64,000 bases of DNA from Candidatus Latescibacterota bacterium (GTDB taxonomy: Bacteria > Latescibacterota > CBDEFO01), in NCBI GenBank assembly GCA_965237525.1, contig CBDEFO010000008.1, positions 96,001 to 160,000 on the forward strand, in the 5' to 3' direction. Below, one piece after another: positions 11,690 to 22,395 of the stretch. A program made the translations under genes and the position numbers. Positions within the stretch are counted from its first letter, which is position 1. Each line of letters opens with the position of its first letter. The notes under the pieces are model-generated. The model worked only from the letters and a program-made list of their open reading frames with translations, was not told where the DNA came from and did no database searches.

Positions 11690-12066
11690 CTGGATATGGC
11701 GTCGGGCTCTTTCCATCCTTTTGCTGTCCCTTTGGATATTATCAAGACTATCTTGTTGGGGATGCAAGCTGCTATCTGTCCTCCTCTGTGTATCCATCCT
11801 GTACTGACGCATATCTTAAAAGGGCATGGAGAATCTATTACTTTCGCTCTCCCTCTTCCTACACTGACTCTAGTGTCCCCAAGGGGACCTGATATTGTAA
11901 GTGTGTTTTCATCTTTGAGAGGATATTCTCCGAAGAGGCGACCATCTCTCTGGACGATCAGCAAGTCTCCCTCTTCCATTAAGGCGGCAAGGACAGGTAC
12001 GCTGACCAGACCTGCAATTAACAGCGCCCCTATCAAGATCTTATCGGGGAGGGTGAGCATGCTCAT
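11686..12066 (-). CDS. NusG domain II-containing exported protein
   Basis: N-terminal TM; SPCPFKICVSTGWI and IACIPNKI; usual partner of the Gx gene. Confidence 0.88.
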   Translation of the reverse strand: MSMLTLPDKILIGALLIAGLVSVPVLAALMEEGDLLIVQRDGRLFGEYPLKDENTLTISGPLGDTRVSVGRGRAKVIDSPCPFKICVSTGWIHRGGQIAACIPNKIVLIISKGTAKGWKEPDAISR

Positions 12067-12105
12067 CTTAATGGCACGACAAAAGTAAAGATGGACTCAT
12101 CGTGT

Positions 12106-13209
12106 CTATAGCAACGCTTCCAGGTCATGGCTTGCACCGAGGCTTAGTATCTGGCTGCGGGTTACGTCAGCCGCCTTCAAAGGGGAGATGATGTCCTTTG
12201 AAAGGTCAGGCACATACGTCTTGATGAATTTAAGGGATACATCAGGCTCAATAGTGTAAATGCCTGCTGCTGCTGGGATAAGTACGGTTTCGCCTTTTCT
12301 TATCCGTTGGGATCTGCCGCCGCCTTGGAAGTAGTCGTCAACGTATATGCGTCCGCTCCCTTCAAGTGCAGATAGAGCGTGAAAGGAGCGACTGTGTGTA
12401 TCCTCGATTATAAATTTGGCACAAGTGATCAGTTCGATGGCGAAATATCTGCAGGCGGCGATGTAACTTTTCCGGCATCCGTCTCTGTCAACAGTAGGGA
12501 ATGCTTTTAGAGGATCACCCATAAACTCGAAGTCTATCACATCTAAAGCCTCGGCGATATGCAGTTGTCTGGGCTTTCCGTTAAAGCCTGCCCTTCCCCA
12601 ATCGTAGAGGCGGTAGGTAACGTCGGAGGACTGCTGTGTTTCATAAACGATGATTCCGCCACCGATAGAGTGGACGCATCCGGGAGGGACGAAAAGTGCG
12701 TCTCCGGGTTTTACGCTTACCGTTTTGAGGCTATCCTCTATCTTTCCACTCTCTATCGCATGGACGAATTGTTCTCTTTCTACTCCACTTTTAAGTCCAT
12801 AGACGATCTGAGCTCCCCTTTGAGCGTGGATCACGTACCACATCTCGGTCTTTCCGAACTTACCTCGCTCGTTCTTTTGAGCATAACAATCGTCGGGATG
12901 GACCTGGACGGATAGCTTCTCTTCCGAGTCGAGGAATTTGATTAAAAGGGGAAAACCTTCACTTTTCTCAATATCGACCTGATATCCCAAAAGCTCCTTT
13001 GGAAATTTTCGACAGAGGGAATTAAGAGTCCAGCCCTTGTAGGGGCCATTTTCGACCCTGCTGACATCCTCTCCAAGGTCTGCTATCTCCCAGGATTCCC
13101 CTATCCTCTTGCGGCCCGGGAGCTTCTTGTCCAGAACTTTCGCAAGGTTTCTATTCCCCCATACAGCTTCCTTAAAGATGTCGTAGAATTTCAACGGATA
13201 GATATGCAT
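12106..13209 (-). CDS. manA: Type I mannose-6-phosphate isomerase
   Basis: IGESWE, FPLLIKFLD, LSVQVHPDD, GKTEMWY, QQSSDVTYRLYDWGR. Confidence 0.9.
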   Translation of the reverse strand: MHIYPLKFYDIFKEAVWGNRNLAKVLDKKLPGRKRIGESWEIADLGEDVSRVENGPYKGWTLNSLCRKFPKELLGYQVDIEKSEGFPLLIKFLDSEEKLSVQVHPDDCYAQKNERGKFGKTEMWYVIHAQRGAQIVYGLKSGVEREQFVHAIESGKIEDSLKTVSVKPGDALFVPPGCVHSIGGGIIVYETQQSSDVTYRLYDWGRAGFNGKPRQLHIAEALDVIDFEFMGDPLKAFPTVDRDGCRKSYIAACRYFAIELITCAKFIIEDTHSRSFHALSALEGSGRIYVDDYFQGGGRSQRIRKGETVLIPAAAGIYTIEPDVSLKFIKTYVPDLSKDIISPLKAADVTRSQILSLGASHDLEALL

Positions 13210-13253
13210 CTCCTCCCATCACCCCTCTCAAAGTAGAAAGGCAAAGGTGGAGG

Positions 13254-13643
13254 CTAACATGGGGTATCCCCTTCACCTTCGCCTTCCGTTTGTTCTGGAC
13301 TCTCTTCTCCATTGTCCTTTTCCTCATCCTCTCTCTCATCTTCGGTCTTTTCCTTTTTCAGCTTGTCCACTTCATCAACGTAGTTCATTCTGAGCTCAAA
13401 GAGGACGTGTTCTAAGAACTTTTTTTCCTTTTCGCTTAGGTTTCCTTCGGTCTTGACTTCGAGCATTCCGAGTATGTCTATAGAATTTTTGGCCTGTTCG
13501 AGGTCTTTTTCGATCTTGTTAGTTACGGGATTCATAAGTTTTCCCAGCTGCTGCATGGCTGCGCTTTGAAACATAGACACTAACTGAAAAAATAGGATTT
13601 CGTTCATCTGTTCTTCGGTAAGCGCCTCCCCATTTTGTGCCAC
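13254..13643 (-). CDS. DUF1844 family protein
   Basis: AMQQLG, DLEQAKNSIDILGMLEVKTEGNL, ELRMNYV; acidic tail. Confidence 0.85.
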   Translation of the reverse strand: MAQNGEALTEEQMNEILFFQLVSMFQSAAMQQLGKLMNPVTNKIEKDLEQAKNSIDILGMLEVKTEGNLSEKEKKFLEHVLFELRMNYVDEVDKLKKEKTEDEREDEEKDNGEESPEQTEGEGEGDTPC

Positions 13644-13699
13644 AGTCTGACCTCCTTAAGCGTCTGGTCCATCATATTGAGATTGCTTCGCTGACCCTT

Positions 13700-13836
13700 C
13701 GCTTCGCTCTGGGCTTCGGACGACATTCCCCGGGACGTCGGAATGGAAACCATAAGGATAAAAAGCACTACCCCAGCATAAGACCGAATAACTGTCTTTT
13801 CGAATATGGCGTTTTGTCTGTATCTTTCCGGCTCAT
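13700..13836 (-). pseudogene. 5' stub of a DASS/SLC13-like transporter gene
   Basis: MSRKDTDKTPYSKRQLFGLMLG, then a one-G frameshift to VVLFILMVSIPTSRGMSSEAQ; runs into a REP-like repeat. Confidence 0.45.
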
Positions 13837-13958
13837 CAGGCGTCTTCTCCTTCCAGCGAGGGAAAAGAATCTAATCCGTTTTATCTATAAGAGTCTATAG
13901 ACCAAATGAAAACTAAAAAAATCAACACCATATGTCAAGGAAATTCGTCTCCATATAT

Positions 13959-13988
13959 GTAGGGGCGAACCCACGTCTTCGCCCCTAC
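13959..13988. repeat. GTAG-type REP palindrome
   Basis: GTAGGGGCGAA-cccacgtc-TTCGCCCCTAC; relatives at 18849-18874, 52817-52877 and 58441-58463. Confidence 0.8.
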
Positions 13989-14019
13989 AGTGGACAGTAG
14001 ACCCTGTCTAATATAGGGC

Positions 14020-14056
14020 AAAAAAATCCCCCAAGGACGACTCCTTGAGGGATTTT
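14020..14056 (-). terminator. Rho-independent terminator of the Omp85-like gene
   Basis: AAAATCCC-C-CAAGGA/TCCTTG-A-GGGATTTT stem; T-tract on the minus strand; about 20 nt after the stop. Confidence 0.75.
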
Positions 14057-14078
14057 CGATCCATATCTTGGGACAGGA

Positions 14079-17000
14079 TCAGAAGAAATTAATGCCAAAG
14101 AGGTATCTGTGTCTATCAATCTCTATTAAATTGATAGGGGTTCCGTCAGTCTGTGAGATTACCCGCTTGGCTCTATCTATCCTGAGGGGGCGAGCTACCA
14201 TAAAGAAGGCTCTCAAGGGGAGCCTGTAGAAGGTGAACATCTGGATGTTGATCTCCAGGCCCACGTCTGTCAGGAAATCTTCTGATCTGATGCTGTCCAT
14301 AAGCTCATCAAACTTCTCAAAGTTCCACGAGGCTCCTGTGTCAAAGAAGAAAGTGGCATAGAGCTTATCAAAGTGCATATTCCAAAAGTGGGTCTTCATA
14401 TTCTGGAAGACGGGGAATGTGAAGGAGGCCCGTGTGAAGAAGTCCTGTGCACCTTCCAGAGTGAAGTAGGGATAGCCCCTCAGCGAGCCCCAACCGCCCA
14501 GGTAGAATCTCAAGGGCCAGAAGAAGACCCCCTCTAATCTATTTCCATCGTCAGGTGGCTGCTTAATTTCTTTGCCCCTGTATCTGATCCTGCTCCAAAG
14601 GGAGAACGTAGTCCTTCCCGGAAGTCCGATGCGTTCGTTCCAGCTTAAGATGTACTGGTTTATACCTAATTTCGTCTCATCGGATCCTAAGATGTCAACC
14701 GCCCTACCGTCAACTGAATTGAGCGTTATCAGCGAATCGGCCACGGTGGACTGCATCCTTGTATAACTGAGCTGAATTGACCTTCCTGTGGGGTTTATCA
14801 AGAAGTCCTTCTTGGGATTTCGCTTGAAATACCTCCAGGATACCGTGAAATCGTTGCTCTTGAAGTATGCTAAGTCCTCCTTGGCGCCGTAGATATTTAT
14901 ATCGTCGAAATTGATCGTAGTATCTACAGTGGACTCGGAGACCCCGAATAAATCCGCCATCTGATGCGTGAGGTCATGCCTTGCAGTAGCTGATAGGCGA
15001 CCAGTTATATTTTCAACCCTGCCGGCTGTGTCTGTGCGGAGGATATGCGGCTCGACTACACGGACAAAATCTACATCCCGGCGTCTTTCGCTAAATCTCC
15101 AGTTTGAGAACCCAACTGAGAGGGACTGCCTCCCGGTGATTCTGAAATCGGAACCTATAAAGAAGATTCTGTATTTATTCTTGAACGTGAAGTCACCCTG
15201 CAGTGGAGAAACGACGACTCCACTTGCATCAGGGATAAAAACAGAAGAGTCAGGATCGTCGGTGCCAATTGGGAAGGGCCAGGGGGAAACGCGAGCCAGC
15301 GTGTCCGGGGGAACGCTCGATTGGATTAGTCTGTTAAGGGTGAGGTGGCGGAAGAAAATGAAGGGGCTCGGATCGAACGCTTTACGTTCGGAACGGACTC
15401 GAGGGAGTCCCATACGATAGGAAATTCGGAAATCTGTGTTAATATCACTACCTTCTTGCAGGTTCTTGCCTACGGTAACCAGCCCCGATACGAAGTCCCT
15501 TCCGATGACGTCTCCCACACTTGCAAAAAGACCTCCGGTAAGCTGTCTCGGCGAAAAGTCACCGCCTATGAAGGGCTGACTTATGGTGAGGATAGGGACA
15601 AAATTGGACAGGAACAGGTCCCCTCTGTATTTTCCAATATTATACTCCTTGCTCAGTTTTTCTCCGTTGAATATACTCTGGTAGTCCCTATCGGCTACGT
15701 AGGATATGTCTGTTTCTTCTTCGTAGCCGTCTCTTTGCAGGCGATAGATGCTGTAGTCGGCAGCGTGGTATCCGGCATAGACTATTTCCACTCCATCGCC
15801 GGTAATGGAGGGACAGAAAGCCCCGCCGACCACGTTGGAGATCTTTTCGACCTCTCCGCTTTCCAGGGAGTATTCGTATATGTTGAAGGTGCCGTCCTGA
15901 TCCGAACTGTAGATGAGCCCGCTCCCGTCAGGCAGCCAGCAGGGATCTCTCTCGTCGGCTGTGCTGTTGATTATGGCCTCAAAGCCCGAGCTATCCGAAT
16001 ATGCCACGCTGTCGGGGAAGGATGTTCCGTCTTTTTTGGCCTCCTTTTTGGAGAACGTAGGGGCATCGGCATCTATGATAGCTATATCTCTGTCCTCACC
16101 TCTGAACACAGAAAAGGCGATCTTTTTTCCGTCGGGGGACCACTGCGGGCTGTAATACTGGGTCCCGTCGTTGTTGTGTGTGAGGAATTCTATGTTTTTG
16201 CCGTCTACATCCATCAAGCCGAGGTTGTTGGTGCCGTCCTTGTTGTTGACAAAGGCTATTTTCGACCCGTCGGGTGATATAGCGGGATATTTAGCTCTCA
16301 GTCTCGCGCTGATCCTCCTCTCCTCTTGCAGTTCAAGGTCGTAGATGAAGATGTCGTGGTAGCCGCTGTTTTTCAGTCTCGTATAGATGAGCTTTACCCC
16401 ATCGGGGGACCAGGAAAATCCGCCGTTGACGCGCTTGTCCATTATAACCTTGTCTTTTCCGGTCTCTAAATCGAACACTTTAAGCTTGAGAATGCGGAAG
16501 TCCTCTCCTTCGTTGGAAAGGTAAGCTATTTTGTTAGAGTCGGGTGAATATTTGGGAAAATAGTCGAGGTATCCGCCGTCAATGATCTTTTCGCCCTCTC
16601 TTTCGGAGGTCTGCACCTTTCGTGCAAGCTCGCCGTATTTCTTCTCCAGACTCCTCTTCCAATCTCTATAGAGGTCGCCGGGAGACATTCCTGTAACCTT
16701 CCTTATGGATGAGTTGAAGTTCAAAATCCCGACGTTCTCCACAAGCTCCTCCACCTTCCCCTCTCCGAATCTTGCGTGTATATAAAGCAGAAAGGAGTAA
16801 CCCTGGTTATAGATCATCTCCCAGTGCAATCCATCTTTGTACAAGACCCCCATCTCGTCGTAGGAGAGGAGATCGTCCTCCAGCGTTGCCATCCTCAGGA
16901 GCATATCTCTGTGTGTGTCCCAGGAGTCGTAGCCAATCTTGTAGTCTTCAAACTGGGCTATGCCCTCCACTAACCAGCCCGGGGTCGCCAGATGATATAT

Positions 17001-17492
17001 AGGAAGGCTCAGATTAACGTCTGGATTCTTGTCGGATATTTGCCACCGAAGAAGTGCAAATCTAAAGGGCCAGCTCTTCCTGGCTTTTCTCAAAGATAGG
17101 ATGTGGGCAAGTTCGTGTGTCAGCACGTGCCTTATCCACCTGTGGGTCCCTCTCAGCTCGATGTCCATACCTGTCGCCCAGATCCCTATGACGCCGGCGT
17201 TGTAGTCCGCATACCCGTTTGAATTGTCGGTATTGTCCATTATGAGGATGTAGATGCGGCTGGAAAAGTCGTCGTAGAAGTTAAAGGCGCTCGCCATAGG
17301 CTCGAAGACCTCTTCAGCTACCTCTGCGACTCTCCTTGCCGTGCCCTCTGTGCCGGTCCTGTAGAGTATTCGGAAGTGGTCTGTCTCTATCTGGTTGAGC
17401 TGAGCTTCCGAGGGGGTATATAGGGACGCTATTACCAGAACAGCTAAGAATATCCCCCCTAAGGACTTTAATATGGAACGGCAAATTGGCAT
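14079..17492 (-). CDS. Secreted zinc-peptidase (MA-like) + PD40/TolB beta-propeller + Omp85/BamA-like barrel protein
   Basis: Signal peptide; HELAH and WLVEGIAQF; repeated xSPDG motifs; YLGGWGSLRGY, FFDTG and terminal Phe. Confidence 0.8.
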   Translation of the reverse strand: MPICRSILKSLGGIFLAVLVIASLYTPSEAQLNQIETDHFRILYRTGTEGTARRVAEVAEEVFEPMASAFNFYDDFSSRIYILIMDNTDNSNGYADYNAGVIGIWATGMDIELRGTHRWIRHVLTHELAHILSLRKARKSWPFRFALLRWQISDKNPDVNLSLPIYHLATPGWLVEGIAQFEDYKIGYDSWDTHRDMLLRMATLEDDLLSYDEMGVLYKDGLHWEMIYNQGYSFLLYIHARFGEGKVEELVENVGILNFNSSIRKVTGMSPGDLYRDWKRSLEKKYGELARKVQTSEREGEKIIDGGYLDYFPKYSPDSNKIAYLSNEGEDFRILKLKVFDLETGKDKVIMDKRVNGGFSWSPDGVKLIYTRLKNSGYHDIFIYDLELQEERRISARLRAKYPAISPDGSKIAFVNNKDGTNNLGLMDVDGKNIEFLTHNNDGTQYYSPQWSPDGKKIAFSVFRGEDRDIAIIDADAPTFSKKEAKKDGTSFPDSVAYSDSSGFEAIINSTADERDPCWLPDGSGLIYSSDQDGTFNIYEYSLESGEVEKISNVVGGAFCPSITGDGVEIVYAGYHAADYSIYRLQRDGYEEETDISYVADRDYQSIFNGEKLSKEYNIGKYRGDLFLSNFVPILTISQPFIGGDFSPRQLTGGLFASVGDVIGRDFVSGLVTVGKNLQEGSDINTDFRISYRMGLPRVRSERKAFDPSPFIFFRHLTLNRLIQSSVPPDTLARVSPWPFPIGTDDPDSSVFIPDASGVVVSPLQGDFTFKNKYRIFFIGSDFRITGRQSLSVGFSNWRFSERRRDVDFVRVVEPHILRTDTAGRVENITGRLSATARHDLTHQMADLFGVSESTVDTTINFDDINIYGAKEDLAYFKSNDFTVSWRYFKRNPKKDFLINPTGRSIQLSYTRMQSTVADSLITLNSVDGRAVDILGSDETKLGINQYILSWNERIGLPGRTTFSLWSRIRYRGKEIKQPPDDGNRLEGVFFWPLRFYLGGWGSLRGYPYFTLEGAQDFFTRASFTFPVFQNMKTHFWNMHFDKLYATFFFDTGASWNFEKFDELMDSIRSEDFLTDVGLEINIQMFTFYRLPLRAFFMVARPLRIDRAKRVISQTDGTPINLIEIDRHRYLFGINFF

Positions 17493-17774
17493 TTTTGCAT
17501 CTCCTTTTGGTTGTCTTTATGAAGCTGGCCCCAGCAGGGCAGTTTTGAGGTACTACATAATGTGTAATGACACCTAAGTGGTTTGTAAGTTCCCAAAATT
17601 GGTCTGTCTACTGTCTGTAGAGATTCAGTAAGGGCTTTCCCCAAGTGTGGTGGGTCAGGCATTTCCCCTCGATTCAATCCCCGATTGAATCTATCGGGGA
17701 GGGCTGACGAAGTAATCTCAACTGTCTACTGTACAGACAAGAATGTCTGTTATACTGTCTGTCTTGAGTCAGTT

Positions 17775-18761
17775 TCACATAGCGTTTTCCCCTCTCCTTA
17801 TGCAGGAGACAAGATGTCCATCCCCTATGTCCTTTAATTGGGGCACTATAGTTTTGCATTGCTCTATCCTTTCGGGACATCTTGGATGGAAAGGGCATCC
17901 TGAGGGTATGGCAGCAGGGCTCGGGACGTCTCCTGTAAGGACTGTCCTGTCTTTTTTCTTCTTCGGAACTGGTTCGGGGATTGCGGACATCAGGGCTTGT
18001 GTATAGGGATGTTGTGGCGATGCGTAGAGGGCTTTGCGGTCTGCCATTTCCACGATGCGCCCAAGATACATCACGGCTACTTTAGCGGATATGTGTTCTA
18101 CTACGCTTAAGTTGTGCGCTATGAAAAGATAGGTCAGGTTAAATTGGTCCTGGAGATCCTGCAGAAGGTTGAGTATCTGAGCCTGGATTGAGACGTCGAG
18201 GGCGGAGACCGGTTCGTCCGCGACGATGAAGTCGGGATTTACAGCTAAGGCTCTGGCTATTCCTATCCTCTGTCTCTGTCCACCGCTGAATTCGTGGGGG
18301 TAACGCCGTATATGGTCGGGCGAAAGGCCTACAACCCTCAGCAGTTCGGCTATTCGGTCCTTTATCCCATCCTTGGGGACAAGCTTGTGTATCTTTATGG
18401 CTTCCTTCAACATACCTCCCACGGTCATTCTGGGATTAAGGGAACTGTACGGGTCCTGGAAGATTATCTGCATTCTGCGACGAATCGCTCTTATTTGTTT
18501 TTTCTCAAGGGAAAATATGTCTAGCCCGTCGAAGGTGACTTTTCCCCCGGTGGGGTCTATGAGTCTGAGGATGAGTCTCCCCGTCGTAGTCTTACCGCAG
18601 CCGCTTTCGCCTACAAGTCCTAATGTCTCCCCCTTTCTAATTGAGAGGGATACTCCGTCTACGGCTTTGACGTGGCCGATAGTTCTGGAAAAAACCCCTT
18701 TTTTTATGGGGAAATATTTCCTAAGGTCTCTGACCTCTAATATCGTGTGGTTCTTTGTCAT
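17775..18761 (-). CDS. oppF: Oligopeptide/dipeptide ABC ATPase (OppF/DppF-like)
   Basis: [36 protein letters not shown]. Confidence 0.9.
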   Translation of the reverse strand: MTKNHTILEVRDLRKYFPIKKGVFSRTIGHVKAVDGVSLSIRKGETLGLVGESGCGKTTTGRLILRLIDPTGGKVTFDGLDIFSLEKKQIRAIRRRMQIIFQDPYSSLNPRMTVGGMLKEAIKIHKLVPKDGIKDRIAELLRVVGLSPDHIRRYPHEFSGGQRQRIGIARALAVNPDFIVADEPVSALDVSIQAQILNLLQDLQDQFNLTYLFIAHNLSVVEHISAKVAVMYLGRIVEMADRKALYASPQHPYTQALMSAIPEPVPKKKKDRTVLTGDVPSPAAIPSGCPFHPRCPERIEQCKTIVPQLKDIGDGHLVSCIRRGENAM

Positions 18762-18916
18762 AGCTGTCGCATATGAGAAGTAGGGGCTAACATATGAGTG
18801 GTGAGTCAGACATTCATGCCCGAGACGCCCGATCTATCCCTATTTCCAGGTCAGGCCCGCGGGTCTGACCCTACTGCTTTTCCCCCTCTACCGCCGATCC
18901 CCACCCCCGATTGAAT

Positions 18917-19924
18917 CTATCGGGGGTTACTGGCTACTTGTTTGAGGTTGTCCACTTCCTCTATTTTCCAACACGCCGCGCTGTGGTTTTCTCCGATCTT
19001 AAAGAGCGGTGGTTCTTCCACTTTGCACCTTTCGTCTGCCAAACTGCATCTGGGGTTAAACCTGCATCCGGACGGGAAGTCAGCCGCGTCAGGCACGCTG
19101 CCGGGGATAACTAAAAGCCGTTCTTTCTCCTCGCCAAGTTTGGGGATGGATTCCAAAAGTCCTATGGTGTAAGGGTGCTTTGGATCGTTGAATACTCCTT
19201 CGACATCTGTGTATTCGACGATCTTTCCGGCGTACATGACGGCGACTCTGTCTGCAACTTCCGCTATTACTCCAAGGTCGTGCGTGATTATCAATATAGC
19301 CATGTGGAATTCTGCTTGAAGTCGTTCAAGGAGTTCTAATATCTGGGCTTGAATCGTCACGTCCAAGGCTGTTGTGGGTTCGTCCGCGATCAGAAGTCCG
19401 GGGTTGCAGGAGAGCGCCATGGCTATCATGATCCTCTGTCTCATTCCTCCCGAAAGTTGATGGGGATATTCGTCCACTCTCTGTTGGGGGGCAGAAATAC
19501 CCACCATTTTTAACATTTCTATGCTCTTTTCCCTGGCTCCTTTCTTACTGAGCCCCTGATGGAGGATGATGGCCTCTGCTATCTGGTTTCCGCAGGTGAA
19601 AACAGGATTAAGAGATGTCATGGGTTCTTGAAATATCATCGAGATGTCGTTCCCTCTGACTTTTCTCATTTCGGATTCGCTGATCCCCAGTAAGTCTCTG
19701 TCTTTGAAGATGACCTCACCTCCCTCAATTCTTCCAGGGGGATCGGGAATGAGCCTCATTATGGAAAGAGATGTCACGCTCTTCCCGCAGCCCGACTCTC
19801 CAACTAAGCCTAGAGTCTCTCCCTTTGCTATTTCGAAGCTGACTCCATCCACGGCTTTAGCCACTCCGTCATCCGTATGGAAGTAGGTCTTTAAATCTTT
19901 TAACTGTAAGAGTGAGTCATTCAT
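18917..19924 (-). CDS. oppD: Oligopeptide/dipeptide ABC ATPase (OppD/DppD-like)
   Basis: [24 protein letters not shown]; its TAG stop lies inside the palindrome at 18905-18925. Confidence 0.9.
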   Translation of the reverse strand: MNDSLLQLKDLKTYFHTDDGVAKAVDGVSFEIAKGETLGLVGESGCGKSVTSLSIMRLIPDPPGRIEGGEVIFKDRDLLGISESEMRKVRGNDISMIFQEPMTSLNPVFTCGNQIAEAIILHQGLSKKGAREKSIEMLKMVGISAPQQRVDEYPHQLSGGMRQRIMIAMALSCNPGLLIADEPTTALDVTIQAQILELLERLQAEFHMAILIITHDLGVIAEVADRVAVMYAGKIVEYTDVEGVFNDPKHPYTIGLLESIPKLGEEKERLLVIPGSVPDAADFPSGCRFNPRCSLADERCKVEEPPLFKIGENHSAACWKIEEVDNLKQVASNPR

Positions 19925-19929
19925 TGCAT

Positions 19930-21030
19930 TTATTTTATCTCCCCCTTGGGATCGAAGGCGTCTCTTACTCCGTCTCCCAAAAAGTTGAAGGCTGTGATGG
20001 TAATGAAGATCACCACTCCTGGGATGAGTATCCACGGGTGGCGCTGGATGTTGCTTGCGCTCATCGCTACACTGAGCATGTTGCCCCAGCTCGCCTGGGG
20101 TTCCCTTATGCCGAGGCCTAGAAGACTCAGAGCCGCTTCTCCGAGTATGTATCCAGGGATGCTTAAGGTGGCCGCCACAATAGTGTATGAGAGCGTATTA
20201 GGCAAGATGTGACGGACTACGATTCTGAGGTTGCCGGCTCCGAGGGCTTGCGCGCCCTGAACGTATTCTCTTTCCCTAATAGAAAGGACGAGTCCTCTTA
20301 TGATCCTTGCAAGTCCTGCCCAGCCTATCAATCCTAAGATCATGACGATCATAAGATAGACTTGCACAGATGAGAGCGAAAGAGGGAAGACGGCTCTCAA
20401 GGCAAGGAGGAGGTAAAACCCGGGGATCATCATTATCACTTCGACAAGTCTCATTAGTATATTGTCAGTCTGTCCTCCGAAGTACCCTGAGATCCCTCCG
20501 ACTATGGTTCCAATGGAAAATGAAACAATGACTCCTATAATGCCGATTGATAAGGATACTCTCCCCCCATAGAATATCCTTGAGAAGATGTCTCTTCCCT
20601 GAACGTCGCTGCCCATTAGGAATATTCTTTTGTCTTTTTCTTTCAGACCGAAAAGGTGCCAAGCAGTGGGGATGAGTCCCAAAATTTCGTGCTCCTCGCC
20701 CCTCACAAAGAGGTATATATATAATTCCTTTTGCGGCGTGTATATCCTTTCGTATGTCTGGGGATCGAATTCGACTTTATAGTCATAGACGAAGGGCCTG
20801 AAGCTGAAACTTCCGTCCTCTCTGAAAAAGTGAATGGACATTGGGGGATGATACGGTTTTCTTTTGTGCTGAAGATCATAAGGGTAAGGGGCGATAAAGT
20901 CGGCGAATATGGCCGAAAAGTAGAGGACAGCGAGAATAATTCCGCCTGCAGTGGCCGCTCTATGCCGCCTCAGTCTTCTGAGCGATATGGCCAGTTGAGA
21001 CGATGATTTGACTTTAGGTTCTTGGGACAT
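19930..21030 (-). CDS. oppC: Oligopeptide/dipeptide ABC permease (OppC/DppC-like)
   Basis: [42 protein letters not shown]. Confidence 0.9.
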   Translation of the reverse strand: MSQEPKVKSSSQLAISLRRLRRHRAATAGGIILAVLYFSAIFADFIAPYPYDLQHKRKPYHPPMSIHFFREDGSFSFRPFVYDYKVEFDPQTYERIYTPQKELYIYLFVRGEEHEILGLIPTAWHLFGLKEKDKRIFLMGSDVQGRDIFSRIFYGGRVSLSIGIIGVIVSFSIGTIVGGISGYFGGQTDNILMRLVEVIMMIPGFYLLLALRAVFPLSLSSVQVYLMIVMILGLIGWAGLARIIRGLVLSIREREYVQGAQALGAGNLRIVVRHILPNTLSYTIVAATLSIPGYILGEAALSLLGLGIREPQASWGNMLSVAMSASNIQRHPWILIPGVVIFITITAFNFLGDGVRDAFDPKGEIK

Positions 21031-21150
21031 CTTCCTATGTATTAGTGTTAATCAGATGACACATGTCAGACACAACTGGAAAACTCTATTCCCCTGATCA
21101 CCAGACAACCGAGTCTTGTCTCTTTTGCTCGGAGTCTTACAGAGCTATCT

Positions 21151-21918
21151 TTACACAAGCTGTGCGAGCAGGCCTCCGTCTATAATAAAAGGTGCCCCTG
21201 TAGCAAACGAGGATTTGTCCGAGGCTAAAAAGAGGGCGGCTTCGGCTATCTCTTCAGGTCTGCCCACTCTTCCTACGGGTTCTCTTTGTGATATGTTCTC
21301 GAATTGCTCCTCCTCGTCTCCCACAGCTCTCAAATTGGTTCTCATAAGAGGCGTTTCGACGGCTCCGGGCAATATACAGTTCACCCTTATATTGTCCCTT
21401 GCATGTTCTAATGCGACCGCCCTTGTGAGTCCGATGATGCCTGATTTCGAGGCAGCGTAGGAAGTAACGTGCGTGCCTGTCGCAAAGCCGTGCACAGACG
21501 CTGTATTTATTATCGAACCGCCTTTCCGCCTGAGCATATGAGGGATGGCGTATTTAGAGGCTAAGAATATGGCTTTCAAATTGACGTTTAAGACCCTGTC
21601 CCAGTCCTCCTCTTCGTGATCTAACAGGCTCTTGAAGACTGCTGTGCCTGCGTTGTTGAAGAGCACGTCCAGACCGCCGTAACTTACTACGGCTGTGTCT
21701 ATCATATCCCTGGAGTCCTGGGACCTGGAGACATCCGACTTGAGGAATACGGCTTGGCCGCCTATTCTTGCGATGGACTCCACAGTCTCGTTACCGCCCT
21801 CTTCGTTTAAGTCAACTGCGACAACACTTGCTCCCTCCTTTGCGAATAGCTGTGCTGAGGCTCTTCCGATTCCCGAAGCTGCCCCAGTTATGATAGCTAC
21901 TTTGTCTTGAAGTCTCAT
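21151..21918 (-). CDS. SDR-family oxidoreductase
   Basis: TGAASGIG, NNAG, YAASK. Confidence 0.92.
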   Translation of the reverse strand: MRLQDKVAIITGAASGIGRASAQLFAKEGASVVAVDLNEEGGNETVESIARIGGQAVFLKSDVSRSQDSRDMIDTAVVSYGGLDVLFNNAGTAVFKSLLDHEEEDWDRVLNVNLKAIFLASKYAIPHMLRRKGGSIINTASVHGFATGTHVTSYAASKSGIIGLTRAVALEHARDNIRVNCILPGAVETPLMRTNLRAVGDEEEQFENISQREPVGRVGRPEEIAEAALFLASDKSSFATGAPFIIDGGLLAQLV

Positions 21919-22395
21919 CGGAGTTCCCCTCTTTTTATCACTCCCCCTTGATTCTTTCAGGGGCCTGCCACTATCTCCTTGCCGTCGAAACCGATCGATC
22001 GCCGATAGATTCATTCGGGGACCAGATGCTCCATGACCCAATCAAGTAATCTGCCACGAAGATGCCGGAATGAGATGATATCTTAATTATAATATCCGTG
22101 TCAACAGAGTAAGAGAACGCTACTTGAGAAATCCATCGGATGTGAAGTTCTATTTCGGAACTAGAAGGCCCGCTGTCCATATCGGAGCCGTATTCTCATT
22201 CTTAAAATATAGAAGAAACATGCTAATGTAAAGGGATTTTTGTTCACACCAGGCATATCCCAGATATATTCAATCGGAGAGAGCAACACAAGACGCTTGA
22301 TTTTAGGATATTAAGAAGTATATTAGGTATAGCCTCGAAAGACGAATCGGGGATCACGGTGACAGTCTCACTTATTAACGGCACTTTCAATTATA

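Noticed and set aside
15345..16277. 310-aa plus-strand ORF and similar long antisense ORFs (e.g. 54177-54986)
   Set aside because: They are shadows of well-supported opposite-strand genes and show no motifs.
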